A DNA stretch of 64,000 nucleotides from the human T2T-CHM13v2.0 reference genome, Homo sapiens, in NCBI RefSeq assembly GCF_009914755.1, contig NC_060925.1. One strand, written 5' to 3'. Each line of letters opens with the position of its first letter. Position 1 is the first letter of the stretch. Positions 42,781 to 56,439 of the stretch are shown here, in pieces. The notes below the pieces were generated by a model. It did no database searches. It was not told the origin of the DNA and saw only the letters and a program-made list of their open reading frames with translations. A program made the translations under genes and the position numbers.

Positions 42781-43549
42781 CAGGAAAGTAGAAGGTAGAA
42801 GAGAAGAGCCTTTGAAAAATGCTTTTAGTTATGTGTTCTCATGATATCATGCACTGATGATAGCATTGAATCATGATGGAAGAAGGTGAGTGGCAATGCA
42901 GTGTATCAAAGAGTGCTGGAACTGGAGAAGGAGGTAGTCCCATGCCAACCTTCACCTCTGCAAGTGGCTTTCTTCCCTGTGGAACGAAAGCTTTGCGTTA
43001 AATGATCTCTGCGGTGTTTAATTTGAAGCAGAGGGTGGGTGGGTGGAGAATATGGGAAGATATGAAAATTAACCCATTCACTCATTTATTCAACAAATAC
43101 TTATGAGTTCCTATGATGTTTAGGTACTGTTTTAGTCATGAGGACATAATGATGAACCAGACAGACCATAAAACCTGACACTGTAGTGAGGGAAACAGAC
43201 CATAAACAACTAAACAATTTAAATAGGGTGTATTTTCAGGTACCGATAAGAACTCTGAAGAGGAATAAAGTGGGTAATAGGGTAATCTGGGCAGACTTCT
43301 TTCTGTGTCTGTGTGAGGGCCGAATGAAGTAAGGGCGCATTAATACCAGGGGCTTACTGAAGAAACTCCTTGGAGAGGGAAACAAGTGTCAAGGTCTGCA
43401 GCAGGAATGACTTGGCATATACAAGAAACAGTAGGAAGGGCAAAAGTAAAAGCAGGGAAACATGATTGCGATCAATGATTTTAGTATTCCTGGTAAGAGA
43501 AAATGAGGGTGGGATTAAAATGGCAGGTTGAGAGCTAGTACCAACTAAC

Positions 43550-43783
43550 CTTAATTGAGCACCTACTATATCCAGGCTTAATTCTAAGTACTTTATATGC
43601 ATTAACATTATTTCTACAAACAACCCTATGAAGTAGGTGCTATCGTTATTTCCATTTTACATATGAAGAAAATGAAGCAGAGAGGTGAAGTCACTTGGCC
43701 AGGATTACACAGCTAGTAAGTTTAGAGCCAGAGTTCAAACCTAGTCAATCTGCCTCCAGAGTTTGCCTACTTAATCTCTGTGC
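43550..43783 (-). mobile_element. MIR (near full length)
   Basis: CAACCCTATGAAGTAGGTGCTATCGTTATTTCCATTTTACATATGAAGAAAATGAAGCAGAGAGGTGAAGTCACTTGGCCAGG. Confidence 0.9.
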
Positions 43784-43965
43784 TAGAAAGAAATCAGAAA
43801 AGATTTTAAAGATACAGCTGACAGATCTTGATGGATTTAATGTTGAGTATGAAGGAGATGAAAAGAATCAAGGAAGACTCCCAGGACTTTGTCATGAGCA
43901 ACTGTGTGATATTTATTAAAATGAAGAAGACTAAGCAGGAGAGCAGGAATCAAAAATTCTGCTTT

Positions 43966-44254
43966 GGCTTGACACAGAGTCTTACAACTGTGATCCCAAC
44001 ACTTTGGGAGGCTGAGGCAGGAGGACTGGTTCAGGAGTTCAAGAACAGCCTGGCTAACATAGTGAGACCTTGTCTGTACTAAAATTTTGAAAAATTATCC
44101 ATGAGTGGTGGCGCATGCCTGTAGTCTCAGCTACTTGGAAGAATGAAGTGGGAGGATTGTTTGTTCCCAGGAGATGGAGGCTGCAATGGGCTATGATCAT
44201 GCCACTGCACTTCAGCCTGAGCGATACAGCAAGACCTTGTCTCAAAAAAAAAAA
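43966..44254 (+). mobile_element. AluJ
   Basis: TSD AAAAATTCTGCTT at 43952-43964 and 44255-44267. Confidence 0.95.
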
Positions 44255-45119
44255 AAAAATTCTGCTTAGAACATATTAAGTTCAAGATGTCACATTGACA
44301 TAGATAGCTAGAGACATTTGGTGGGCACTCCAAGCTCTTTCATATTTGACAACAGGCAGCTCTGTTTAAATATAAAGTAGAAACAATATAGCATTATGTT
44401 AACAAAATATTCTGCTGAAATCAACCTTTATCAGCCTTTCCCCAAATTCTTAGTAAAATGCAGTTCCCATTTGGGGAATTGAGTGGAATAATTTGCTAAT
44501 ATAACTACAGGAAAATAACCAAGCCAGCCAAGATCTCACTTTTATCAGCAGTCAGTCAGTGAGCAAAGGTTTTTAATAAGAAGCTCCCAGAAATCTCATT
44601 GCCTCAGACCTCAGACAGGAGCACCACATACCTGCAACTCTTAACTTTCATAGACGGCAAGTTCTCCCAGGTAGAGAATGAAAGTTGACATTGATATTGC
44701 CACCCTGGTGCCCTGGCCTCCACCGCTGCTTGGATCACTGCTGAGGTCACTGGACCTTGCCTGCATGACACACAAGATTGCACAATCCCAAACCTGCTCT
44801 GACTTACAAAATACTGCCCCCTTGTCCCCACCACCCCCGACTTCAGTATTTGACTTTTTATTTCATCTGACCTCAGGTGATTCAACCCCTTTAGGCAGGC
44901 TCAAACTTAAGATTCACTCACCTACTCCTGCCTGACCAAACTTGCCTCCTACTACCCGTGCTGAACCTGACATCTTGGAGCACTTTGTGTGAGACACTGT
45001 GCTGGGAATGCTCTCTACATGGACTACATGGTGGTCACACAGGTGTAGACGCTTTTAGCACTCATCAAACTAGATATGTAGATAGCTCAATTTAAAAATA
45101 CCTCAGTTTTTAAAAAATG

Positions 45120-45705
45120 ATGTTATTCTAGGTACTTTTCAAGTTTTCTCCCCCTCTCCAGAAGCTTACAATCTGAAGAAGGCATGATATGGAACAATAG
45201 CAGGCAATATTTAAGTGCCAAGAAAATAACCCCAAAACAAAGGCTATGGTAATTGGATTGTAAAGGAAAACTTCACAGAGAACATGGTACTGATTTAAAC
45301 ATTAGAATTTAGTGGACTGAAGAAGCAAAAAGAGAGAGAAGCAATTATTTTGCTACATTAAATATGGTTGTGCTCTCCTTTATTGCAATATTTTTTTCCT
45401 TGGATCCATACATGACATGACCCTCGGTATCCTCTTGCTTCTGTAGGTGATCTCTCTCACTAGGCAAGGGAAATGGTATGAGGCAAGGTGTAAGTATGGG
45501 AATTAAAAGAAATTTTAGGTGACAGTGAGTAGACCAGCCTGGATTTGTTTTCAGAAACTGGAAATTAATATTGGGAGACACCCAGCTTATTCAGGATCTT
45601 CACTGCCAGGATAAGAAGTTTAGAAACTATTGTTTGGGTAATACAATATTGTAAGGAGGTATCAAAGTGGTTGAGCAGGAGAATGTTCTCTGCATTTTAA
45701 AGGAA
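45120..45705 (-). mobile_element. Degenerate L2 containing a 113-bp local insertion
   Basis: CCAGAAGCTTACAATCTG; AAGGAAAACTTCACAGAG; TAGGCAAGGGAAATGGTATGAGGCAAGG. Confidence 0.6.
45343..45455 (+). repeat. Local direct duplicate of 46728-46840
   Basis: Ungapped 113-bp alignment with 17 mismatches. Confidence 0.9.
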
Positions 45706-45935
45706 ATTGATCCCCTCCTATATTCCACTGAAGAATCACTGCCTTATGCGACTCAGCTGGAGACAGGCCTTCTGTATATACTCTAACAAAGCCTTTGAGG
45801 AGAGGAGCCAAAGAAAAATGTTCCATCTCTGGATATTCAGCTTTTCATGCAGACTTGGCCTTGTTTTCATTTCACTCCAGATCCTTTTTTGTCTTTACTC
45901 TGAGCTCTATTTCAGCTGTATTTTTACATTTTCTT

Positions 45936-46556
<621 letters not shown>

Positions 46557-46699
46557 CTACATTTTCTTCTTGACTTGACTTTACCATCAATCTTTAAAAT
46601 GTGTGGAGACCTGTGTTAAGTGCCCTCAGGGGCACTTAATAGTAGGCTCACCTACTATTCTAATAGCTTTTTCTAAAGAATTCTGGTGACAGAGAAGGA

Positions 46700-48150
46700 A
46701 TCAACCCCTTTAGTCCTTATTTTCTTTAATTATTTTACTACATTAAATATTGTTGAGCTTTCATTTTTTGCAATATTCTTTGCCTTGGATCCATCCATGA
46801 TGTGACTCTCATTATCCTCTTTCTTCTCTGGGTGATCTCTGTTTCTTACTAGTTTTTCCAATCTTCCAGCATACTCAAAGTAAAGAATTCCTCAAGACTC
46901 TGTCATCACCCTTCTCTTCTACATTTTCTACCAGGCAATCTTATCCACAACTACATTTTCAACTATCTTCTCCGTGCAGATGATTCTAAAGATGGATCAT
47001 CAAATGACTGGTATTTGTTTTTGCCAAGATGCCTGTGCAGCAACTTAATCTCAACATGTCCTAAAAGAAGCCATTTTCTTTTCTAAGGTAGCCCTTCCTG
47101 GTGGTTTCTCTGTTTGAAGAAGACGACATCATTACAGTCTAAAAAATTTACTCCTGAAAACCTTAACATACATAGACTAAATCCTTTTTCTCTTCATTTC
47201 TTTTCAACCTTTTGACTTTTTTTAGCCAATTAACATTTTATCCTATTTCTTACATGCTAATTCTCATCTATACTTTTTTTTTCCCCCATTTTCCTTACTA
47301 TTAGGTCAAGCCTTCATCCCCTCTTACATTGACCATTTAAAATTCTCTAAGGAAGTTCACTTGAATCTGTCCTATATATTGCTGGCAAAATGTTCTCCTT
47401 AAGACACTGTGGCTGGGCACAGTGGCTCACGCCTAATAATATCAGCACTTTGGGAGGCCGAGGCTGGCGGATCACCTGAGATTAGGAGTTCCAGACCAGC
47501 CTGGCCAACATGGTGAAACCCCGTCTCTACTAAAAATACAAAAAAATTAGCCAAATATGGTGGCGTGTGCCTGTAGTCCCAACTACTCAGGAGGTTGAGG
47601 CAGGAGAATAACTTGAACCCAAGAAGAGGAGGTTGCAGTAAGCCAAGATGGCACCACTGCACTCTAGCGTGGGCAACAGAGAGAGACTCCATCTAAAAAA
47701 AAAAAAAAGAAAGAAAAAAAAAGAAAAAAATACACTGTGTCACTCATCTACTCAGAATCCTTCAGTGACTCCCATTCTCTTAAAGTGATAAAGACAAACA
47801 ACTACCCCAGCATCCAAAGTTCTTGGTACACTAAATCCAATCTACCTTTCTGAATTTATATGGTACTATTCTCTTCAGCATCATGTGATCCACACAAACA
47901 ACTACTCACTGTTTCCTGAACATTTCCCACACTCTGTTACCCCCGCATTTCTGCTTACACTGTCTGTCATGATTAGCCACTCCAATAGAAACCCCGCCAT
48001 CCTCCAAGGTCCAGCTCAAATTCAAATTGTATCAGTCAGGAATGAGGGAAAAAGGCCTTTGCAAGAGATTGGGTAACTCTACACGTACTTTTCATACTCT
48101 GTAATATCTAGTGCAGTGACCAATGCAAACTAGGTTTTCAATCAGTGAAT
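46700..48150 (+). mobile_element. Degenerate L2, interrupted by an Alu
   Basis: GGCAATCTTATCCAC...TGCAGATGATTCTAAA; TCCTCCAAGGTCCAGCTCAAA. Confidence 0.65.
47411..47729 (+). mobile_element. AluSq/Sx
   Basis: TSD AA(G/T)ACACTGT. Confidence 0.97.
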
Positions 48151-48253
48151 GTGGAAATGTTATCTGAATGTAAAGATACCCTCCTTAATGTATCCAATGC
48201 AGTGCTAACATTTCTTTTTATATAATCTTTTCACCTTTTAAAAATTATGTTTT

Positions 48254-48400
48254 GGCCAGGCGTGGTGACTCATGCCTGTAATCCCAGCACTTTTGGAGGG
48301 AGGTTGAGGTGGGAGGATCCCTTGAGGCCAGGAGTTCAAGATCAGCCTGGCCAACATAGTGAGACCTTGTCTTAAATAATTTTTTTCTAACTAAAAAAAA
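48254..48400 (+). mobile_element. FLAM-C / free left Alu monomer
   Basis: Single monomer ending ATAGTGAGACCTTGTC plus an A-rich tail. Confidence 0.88.
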
Positions 48401-48729
48401 AGAATTACATGTAATTGACTAACACATTTTCATCATGAAAAAGAAATCAAATATTTAATGAAAAGCTGAAGGCTGTTGACCATCTCCAATCTAGTTCTCC
48501 ACAAAGAGGGTCACAGTCAGTTGTGCCATGTATGTCTTTCCAGATCCATCCCTGTGCTTTTGCATATCTATACAAATAAGTAGTTGCATTCATGAAGGAT
48601 AAATCAAAACATATTTAGTTATAAGAATGCTGAATTCTAAGTTTAAAATCAGTGTACACATGGATATGAAATATTCATAAGCAGTATCATTATAATAATC
48701 ATTTTGAGTATGTAGATATTCTTAATAAT

Positions 48730-48955
48730 AATGTTGTATTTTTTGAGCATTTATTCTACCAGGCACTCTTCTAAGTGCTTCAGGTAAGTTATTTAATTCT
48801 TACAACTCTGAAGTAACTGCTATTATTATCCTCTTCATAGAGGTGAGGAACTGTACCCCTATCAAAGTTTGGTAATATACCTAGGGTCAAACTTCCAGCT
48901 AATAAGTAGAAGAGCTGGGATGCTGACCCAGGGAATTTGGCTCTGGAGCTTGTAT
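48730..48955 (-). mobile_element. MIR
   Basis: CCAGGCACTCTTCTAAGTGCTT...TATTATTATCCTC...GAGGAACTG...AGAGCTGGGAT. Confidence 0.75.
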
Positions 48956-49014
48956 CATTCATGCTTCATGTTGCTGTTCACTGAGACGGGATACCGTTGA
49001 CTGTGACTTTTTCT

Positions 49015-49323
49015 TTCTCTTTTTCTTTTTCCTTTTTTTTTTTTTGAGACGGTGTCTTGTTCTGTCACCAGGCTGGAGTGCAGTGGCAATCTTGGCTCAC
49101 TGCCACCTCCGACTCCCAGGTTCAAGCGATTCTCCTGCCTCAGCCTCCCAGGTAGCTGGGATTTACAGGCACATGATACCACACCTGGCTAATTTTTGTA
49201 TTTTTAGTAGAGACGGGGTTTCACCGTGTTGGCCAGGATTGTCTTGATCTCCTGACCTCGTGATCTGCCCGCCTCAGCCTCCCAAAGTGCTGGGATTACA
49301 GGCGTGAGCCACCACCCCAAGCA
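49015..49323 (-). mobile_element. AluSc-like
   Basis: Perfect 16-bp TSD GACTGTGACTTTTTCT at 48999-49014 and 49324-49339. Confidence 0.97.
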
Positions 49324-50179
49324 GACTGTGACTTTTTCTGCTATGTCCTCACAGTTTCTCCTCCATCATGGTGGTAGCTGCTCCATCCCTGGGCTCATTC
49401 CTCCCCATGTGTTCACACATTTCTGATGACTGCCTGGTAGTAGCTCTGATCTGACTATTCAGCTAAGTTGAGAGGGAGAGGAGACTTAAATTAAACAGCT
49501 ACTTGATTATATTCATTCTTCCCAGTAGTATAAGCTCTGAATAGCCTTTAAAAAGTAATAGTAATGTAAGCTCCATAGTGCCAAAAACCATATTCCTCAT
49601 GCCTGGCACATAGTAAGCAGGCAGCAAATATGTGTTGAAATGAACTGAATTGCAAAAATTGACCAGGGAACTCCTAAGTCGGTCTGTTCCCTCTTCCAAC
49701 AACTGAGGGATAGTTGTGGAAGCCATGAGGGGAAGAAAGGAATGAAGAGAAAGAGCTACACGGGCTTTTTATTTTGCTTATTGTACCAAATGCATGTATA
49801 TGGTAGAAAGATGAAATAGAAGAGTTTATAGTGAAAAGCAGCAATTCCCTGTCCCTCCTCTCCCGACTGCCAGTTCCTAACCCAGGGACTGGGGCTATCA
49901 CTTGAAAGGTTTTCTGTTTTTAGCACTTCTTGTGGTTAGTGTCATACCTTTAAATAGCATGTCTATATCATTGCTTCTTTAATCAACTTTAGAAATAACA
50001 TTGTAATTCTACTAAGAAATGTGAGGATTTATGAGCCTGTTCTTTAAAATATGGATCTGTGGTAGGCCTGGGGTGACAAGAGGTAACCCTGTTTCTTCTC
50101 TAAGGATTGCCAGAGCTCCCCGTGCATAGTTCCATTAAGGCAATCAACAGGTTTCCTCGCGCAGGCTGAGCAACTTGAG

Positions 50180-50410
50180 GACATTAGTCATCTCCTTAAA
50201 TTTGTGTTTCCAAGACTTATTGGTGACTTCCAGGTAGCAGGCAGGCTCATTTACATCTATTTCTTGAAAGGATCAATGAATGACTTCTGTTGATAAAGGT
50301 ACTGAAAAGCTGATGAATCATGAAAAAGGGAAGTTCTTGATAACTGATCATCCAAGAAGCAAGTAAACAACCGGTTACACTATTCACTGACCAAATCTTC
50401 CGGCCACCCC
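50180..50410. promoter_or_regulatory. Candidate enhancer: abutting FOX (GTAAACA) and GRHL (AACCGGTT) motifs with AP-1-like and ETS motifs
   Basis: AAGTAAACAACCGGTT at 50361-50376; TGAATCA, TTAGTCA and CTTCCGG nearby in non-repeat DNA. Confidence 0.3.
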
Positions 50411-51380
50411 AAACAGTCAAAACTTGACATTACCAAATCTTTTCTGTACTGAGCATGGGTGGCGTGCATCCCCAGCAAGGGGAAATGTTCTCAGTTTCTA
50501 AATTAGTAATAATATAAGCTATTTAAATGTAAGAATTGTCATTACTATCTAGAAGAATTTTGGGAAATATAAAATTATGGTTGATGCATTATTTTACTAT
50601 TTAAATTAAGTAATCTTTTCAAACAGGAGTTGGAAATGTATTCAACTTTTTTTCTTATTTCTTTTTTTAACCCAAATCAAAAATGGTCAATATATTCCAC
50701 TTGTAACAAATATTTTTAAATACTAATTTTAATCAAATTTAACTTTATTATATTCTAGTCTAGAATCGGAACCTAAGCATTAAATATCCAGGGCCACCAT
50801 TAGCTATTTTCAAAAATAAATGTAAGTTCCTCCCCAAATCTAATTTTTCTCCTGATTTCTCATTTCAGTAAATGACATCACCATAGACTAAGTAACCCAA
50901 GGCAAAACTTGTTTTCTTGGCTTGTCTTTTGCCTCCTACATATGGTCTGTGATCAAGTCCTGGTAGTTCTATTTTCCTAATATCCCTCGCATCTGTCTTC
51001 TCCACCACTCCCATTGCATCTCCCTTCATTCGGGAAGGCTTTCATTAGTTTTTTCCAAAGTCTTTTCAAGAGACCTTCAGTCTTCAATCTTCGTCCCCCT
51101 ACTCAGCCATCCCTCTGCCGTGTACCACCAGAGTGGTCTTTTAAAAACACAAATCTTATATTTGTTCAATGTACCCAAGTTGCACAATAAATTGTGTAAA
51201 GTTATCCTACTTAAAAAAGGTTTTCTTCATTGGTCTCCATACTTGCCAGTGAAAAACTTCATAATTAAAATTTTAAAAGAGGTCTTCTTCAGACCTCTGT
51301 CAAAGCATTTGTAGCTAGATAGGGAATAAGAAGGAAGATGGTTTCTAAAAGTAAGGAAAAGCGGTAGTATCACATCTCTC

Positions 51381-51797
51381 TGTCAATTTTGGATGCAGCC
51401 CATAGTCAAGGAATATAGAGAACAGGAGTAAAGGAGAAGATTGATAAGACATAGGCAACTGTAAAGTTCATGTTCAGGATCAAGCTCCACCTCAGTGATG
51501 AACGGAGAGTTGGGCAAGGCACGGAAAGTGAGGCATAACTGCAGGAATGCAGGGAATGCAGAAATCCAGAGGCTCCTCAGCACCCAGGCCTAGGCCTGAC
51601 CACACAGATTCTCAGGCTGCTCTCAGCAAGACTCAGTTCTAGGCCTCACCCCCACATTGAGCTTAGTGCTCCTAATATACTGCCTGCCCCCTGGCAATGG
51701 AGTCTGGAAGAGGAGTGAGCCTTAACTCTGGGGAGCAAGAAACAGCATACCCAGGGGTTGCCCCCAATTCCAGGAAATTCAGGTCTGTAGAATCACA
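51381..51797. mobile_element. Possible ancient solo LTR
   Basis: GC-richer ~417-bp block bounded by TGT...ACA; family not recognised. Confidence 0.3.
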
Positions 51798-52768
51798 TGG
51801 AAATATAAACTGTTAACTTCACTATCATTGAATGGAATAATTTACATTACATTAAAATATACCAATGTATAGTAATTCCATGAAAGTTAAACCACTGCTT
51901 CCAAGATTCACTAAAAGCCAAAATGCTATTTGAGTGAAGTCTTGCTCAGAGAAATGAGCATAATGGTTTTATTCTTGTAGACTATGATTTTTATCAATGA
52001 TGTGATTAGGCATTTTTTTTAAATGTTGCAATTTGGAGAGAAAAACAAACACTATAGTTTGACTCTCAAAAGCTGCTGTGTAACTCTATGAATTTTATGT
52101 CATTTTAGTCAATCAAATGTAACTTTTTTTTTGCTTTGAATTAGGTATTCATTTTTTTCTGAAAAAAGAGGATAAGAAATTGTTAAACTCAATGAACTGC
52201 AACGAAAAGTTGATCTGTCTTCCCTAGCCATTATAGGAAAGATAGCACAAAACTGAGATTGGTATTTACACAAAAACAGATTCATTATGGTAAAATAAAG
52301 AGCATTTCTAATCAATTTGCTCTCTTTCTTTTAAAAATGCTAAACATTATTTTCATGTTATATATACATTTCTATCACTGATTTCCCTTTTTGCCTTTAT
52401 CTCTATCTAACAGAATGTTGCATCTGATATTTAGTTTTCAAATTACTTTTAAGGAACTGAACCCTCTATTGTCACTTAACTTCAATAAGAGGATTATTTT
52501 AAGTATTAAAGTGTTTAGTCTTAACTCAGCTACCGTAGGAGGAAAAGACTACTGCATTTGGAAGTCCTTACACATAACCATAGCACATAGACAAATGAGA
52601 GGAAAGGACAGGCATGCAGAGATATGTTTTACCTTCACTGACTTAATTGATTTTGATACAATGCTTCCACATAACAATGGATTTTAAAAATCAGTATCAC
52701 ATGTTCTCTTAGAGAAAGGATCTGGATAGGAGTAGAGAGGCCAGATCTCTTAAAATGACTAGGAATGA

Positions 52769-53031
52769 CAATTGACCCTTGAACAACACAGGTTTGAACT
52801 GTACTGCTCGACTTAAACTCTGATTTTTTTTTTCAATAAGTGCAGCTGGACCTCTATATGCAGGTTCCACCTTCACGACCAAAGGTGAGTGGAAAATACG
52901 GTATTCGGGGGATGAAAAACCCATGTATACGGAGGGTGGACTAGTGGACTAGGGGACTAGTAATTGTGGAATTGAGTATAGGGGAAGGTAGGCCCAGGAA
53001 CCAATCCTTTTCGGATACAAAAGGACAGCTG
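52769..53031 (-). mobile_element. MER8/Tigger3-like TcMar MITE
   Basis: CAATTGACCCTTGAACAACACAGGTTTGAACTG ... GGAACCAATCC...GGATACAAAAGGACAGCTG termini. Confidence 0.8.
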
Positions 53032-53552
53032 CATTCTAGATAGAAATGGTTTTTAACGGTTGCCAAGGGGGACAAAAAGAAAGACATTTTATTATAAAAT
53101 GAGGAGCCTTCCTTTTAAATAGCTTATTAAATAGAACTTTTTAAAAAATTCTGTGCAAATATTGAAAAACATACTTTAAAAAATAAGGTTGCATCTCTTT
53201 AAATGATCAGTTTCAATGTTAACTTCTCTGGCTTATTGAATTATTTAAAAATGGGTAAGGTTTAAGTATTTGTCCTTACTTTGTTTCTCCTACATACTTG
53301 AGCCAGTACATTGTCAAGTCTCAATCACTGTAAAAGAGGTTTATGATATTAGAAGAATCACCAAAGCCAGGTTAAAAATTAAGCATAACAGATAGTATTT
53401 TGTTCTAATTTTTGCCTTCACATTATATTTGATAATAGATATACCATCTTATATGTTTGGCAGTCATTCTGCTAGGTTATGGGAACATATGGGCTTATGA
53501 AGTTGTATCCAAAATACCACCATGCTGATCCCATCATCAAAGAATTTGGCTT

Positions 53553-53734
53553 ATAAAGACCCTTGTGATTACATTGGGCCCACCCAGATAATCCAGGTTA
53601 ATCTCCCTATTTTAAGATCCTTAACTTAACCACATGGGCAACGTCCCTTTGCCATGAAAGCATTATATTGAGAGGTTTTGAGGATTTTTGAATGTAGACA
53701 TCTTTAGGGGAGGGAGACAGTATTCAACCTATCA
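53553..53734 (-). mobile_element. MLT1B/C LTR fragment
   Basis: CCTTGTGATTACATTGGGCCCACCCAGATAATCCAGG. Confidence 0.85.
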
Positions 53735-53884
53735 TGGCCTTGTTACCTGTCTACTTTTATTCTACTGTATTATATTTTTACACATTTATTTTTTGCCATT
53801 AGGTGTTATAACAAACAATATATTTGACTTGTTTTAAAATTATTCACTCTATGTAATGGACATTGCGTATTTTTGACTCCGCAG

Positions 53885-54272
53885 TGGATAAGGCTTACGG
53901 AAGGTGGGCCCAAATTCTTGCTACAGTAGATAAGGGGCCAAATCCTCTCTTTCCTCATATCTGGCACTTAGGCTGTGATCCTATGGCTGTGGCTTAGCCC
54001 ATGTGGGCTCCAACTCCATGTCATAGAGACTGTTAGGCATTGCTCACAGGAGGGTAGTGGCAAGGAGGGTCCAATGGCAGGATATCCATCCAGCTCCTTG
54101 GCTGTGTTTCCTGCAGCCTAACCTCCCTTGGTTCCTGCCATTTATTTCTGAACCTGGGCTTCCAGCCTTCCCTTCTGAGAGCTACCCGTTATCTTTCAAA
54201 TGAATTTCTTTTATGCTTGAGTTAATTAGAGTTCGTTTCTGTTGCTTTTACAAAAAAACTCTTCATTGATAT
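53885..54272 (+). mobile_element. Old MLT1 (K/L/M-like) LTR
   Basis: AATTTCTTTTATGCTTGAGTTAATTAGAGTTCGTTTCTGTTGCTTTTACAA 3' signature. Confidence 0.55.
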
Positions 54273-55629
54273 CAGGTTCTTCTTGTTATTATTATTAGTT
54301 TAAATGATTGACTGTAGCCTAGGGGCCTCATCATAATTATGTATCACTAATTGGGTATAAAAAATAAATTGCAGTAAGAGGGAAAGCATTTATTAATCCA
54401 GACTCTGAACCCCATTATAGCTAGAGCCTATACAACAAGGAATGGCTCCTTGAAGATGACCTTGAGACACATATTACCTTTTGATCATCAAGGAATGATT
54501 TATGTTTTGTTTGGGTATTGAGGTTTTTTTATGAATTGACAGTGCCAAATATGAACTTCACTCTCAACCATAATATTTGATCGACTAGAATTCTCTAAGC
54601 CTTTAACCACGAGATAAATAGAAATGTGTTTAATAGTTCTGTCATATTTGCCAGAACTTGATTTTTTGTAATTTAAAAATTTGGGTATTATAGCAAATTT
54701 TGAGAAAACAACACATTAAAATATGTTCATTGTTCAAATGAACATAATGTTTGTGTTTAGACTCCTTGGTGGGTAATATTTTGTCCATAACGTTTACTGA
54801 ATGCATGCCATGTGCTAGCCTCTGTGTGAGATGCTGGGTACAAAGATGAATAAGACTACTGGCTCCTTGTACAATGCCTGGCAGTGGCAAGAGGCACTCA
54901 GTGAATGCTTTCTGAATTAATGACATAATCCCTGCCTCTAAGGAGCTCTATCCTGTGGGAAAGAAAGACACCTAATTGGGGCATACCATGTGCCCAAAAT
55001 AGTGAATTTGAGTGAGAGTGAGTATGGAGAGGAACTGTCGGCATGTTTCAGATGCTTTCGTGAGTCCTTAACATGGTGTCGAGGTCACACTGTCCTGTCC
55101 AGTGACACCTCCTGGCTCTGTCAGAATTGTTATTCAGGCCTCTCTTTCCAGGCCCTCATAGTTAAGCCTGTGACACTGTGTTTGAACTTCTATTAATAGG
55201 CCTAGTCAGCATCTCAGCAGATTGCATCTTAACATCAAGCAGCCAGAATCCCCAACAATGACTTCTTGGCGCAAAGCCAATCCTCAAGCATCAAAGCCAT
55301 ATTCCTTGCAAATCAGCTCCACGTGATGATAAATAATGGCATCAGGATTCCAAACCAATTATCTCATAGGGAAAGGCATATTCTTCAAGGGCACACTGGG
55401 CTTTATTTAAAAAAAAAAAACAGTAACATTGCTGATGCTAGCCCTGAAATGTCAACAATGGACACAGCCAGCTAATGAGAGGAATAACCAGAAAAAGGTG
55501 TATAATTCATGTCCCCCACATTACACTAACATGGAAAAGTTCAAGACAATACGTGTTTAGGCACAATTTTAAAGTGCCTGACCTGAGCCCCCACTGGAAA
55601 AATTACTGGAACCCCATCTTTGTCTGGAA

Positions 55630-56035
55630 CGGTGCAGTGGAGTAGAAGCATGTGCTTTTCAATTCAGATCTCAACACTTGAATTAGCTATGTGATTTTAC
55701 ACAAATCATTCTCTAAGCCCCAATCTCTGCACCTGTAAAATGAGAGATATTAAGCTCTACCTCATGTATGTTTTATGGATAGCAATAGCATGTCAACACT
55801 CCAATAAATAGGAGCTTTATGGTTAATTAGAACTAGTATGCCAAACACTATACTAAGCTCTTTATAAACATTATTTTAGTTCTCATGCCAACCCTGTGAG
55901 GTAGGTATTTTACCCCCAATAATAGATGCATAAAGTGAAACTCGAATTAATTACCCAATACCCTGGGTAGTGAGAGAGAGTGAATTCAAACTCAGGCTGC
56001 TGACTTCTATGACCAGACTCTTAGCCACATTACGA
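55630..56035. mobile_element. Two MIRs, tail to tail (+ then -)
   Basis: CACCTGTAAAATGAGAGATA (+); CAACCCTGTGAGGTAGGTATT (-). Confidence 0.65.
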
Positions 56036-56439
56036 TGTTTCTCTCTGACAGCATCGGGGCCTCCTCTTTGCTGGCTTGTTCCTCTCTATTGCTCCCATGA
56101 TTTCTACTGTCTCCTTGTTGATCTCACCAGGACAAGACAGTCATCATCACTGTGTTCACCTGGTTCACTGGACAATCTGTCTGTTGGGTCAAACTCCCAT
56201 GGCAGATATGCAAGAAAGAACCTCTGTAGGAACCCTCATTTAGTTGATTCAGTTTAAAATAAAATATTATATTTGACTCAGCAACACAATACCCCTCAAT
56301 CATCTGTAACTAAGCCATTAACTAAAGCATATTGGGAAAAACACTGGCTTTGTGGGGTCTGGCAACTTGTATTTAAGTCCCAGATCAGGGATCATGAGCT
56401 GTGTAAATTTAATCAGGCATTTAATCTCTCTGAGCCTGT

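Larger units (their letters stand above)
43075..44330 (-). mobile_element. L2a, interrupted by a MIR and an AluJ
   Basis: CATTCACTCATTTATTCAACAAATACTTATGAG start; GAGAAAGAAATCAAGG-like internal blocks. Confidence 0.8.

Noticed and set aside
44600-44970. GC-richer block with ORFs on both strands
   Set aside because: No recognisable protein similarity, splice pattern or tail; possibly an ancient repeat.
52936-52961. (G[T/G]GGACTA)x3 and other tiny repeats or palindromes (4744-4780, 3766-3786, 17945-17964, 50752-50766)
   Set aside because: Each is short enough to be ordinary slippage or chance.
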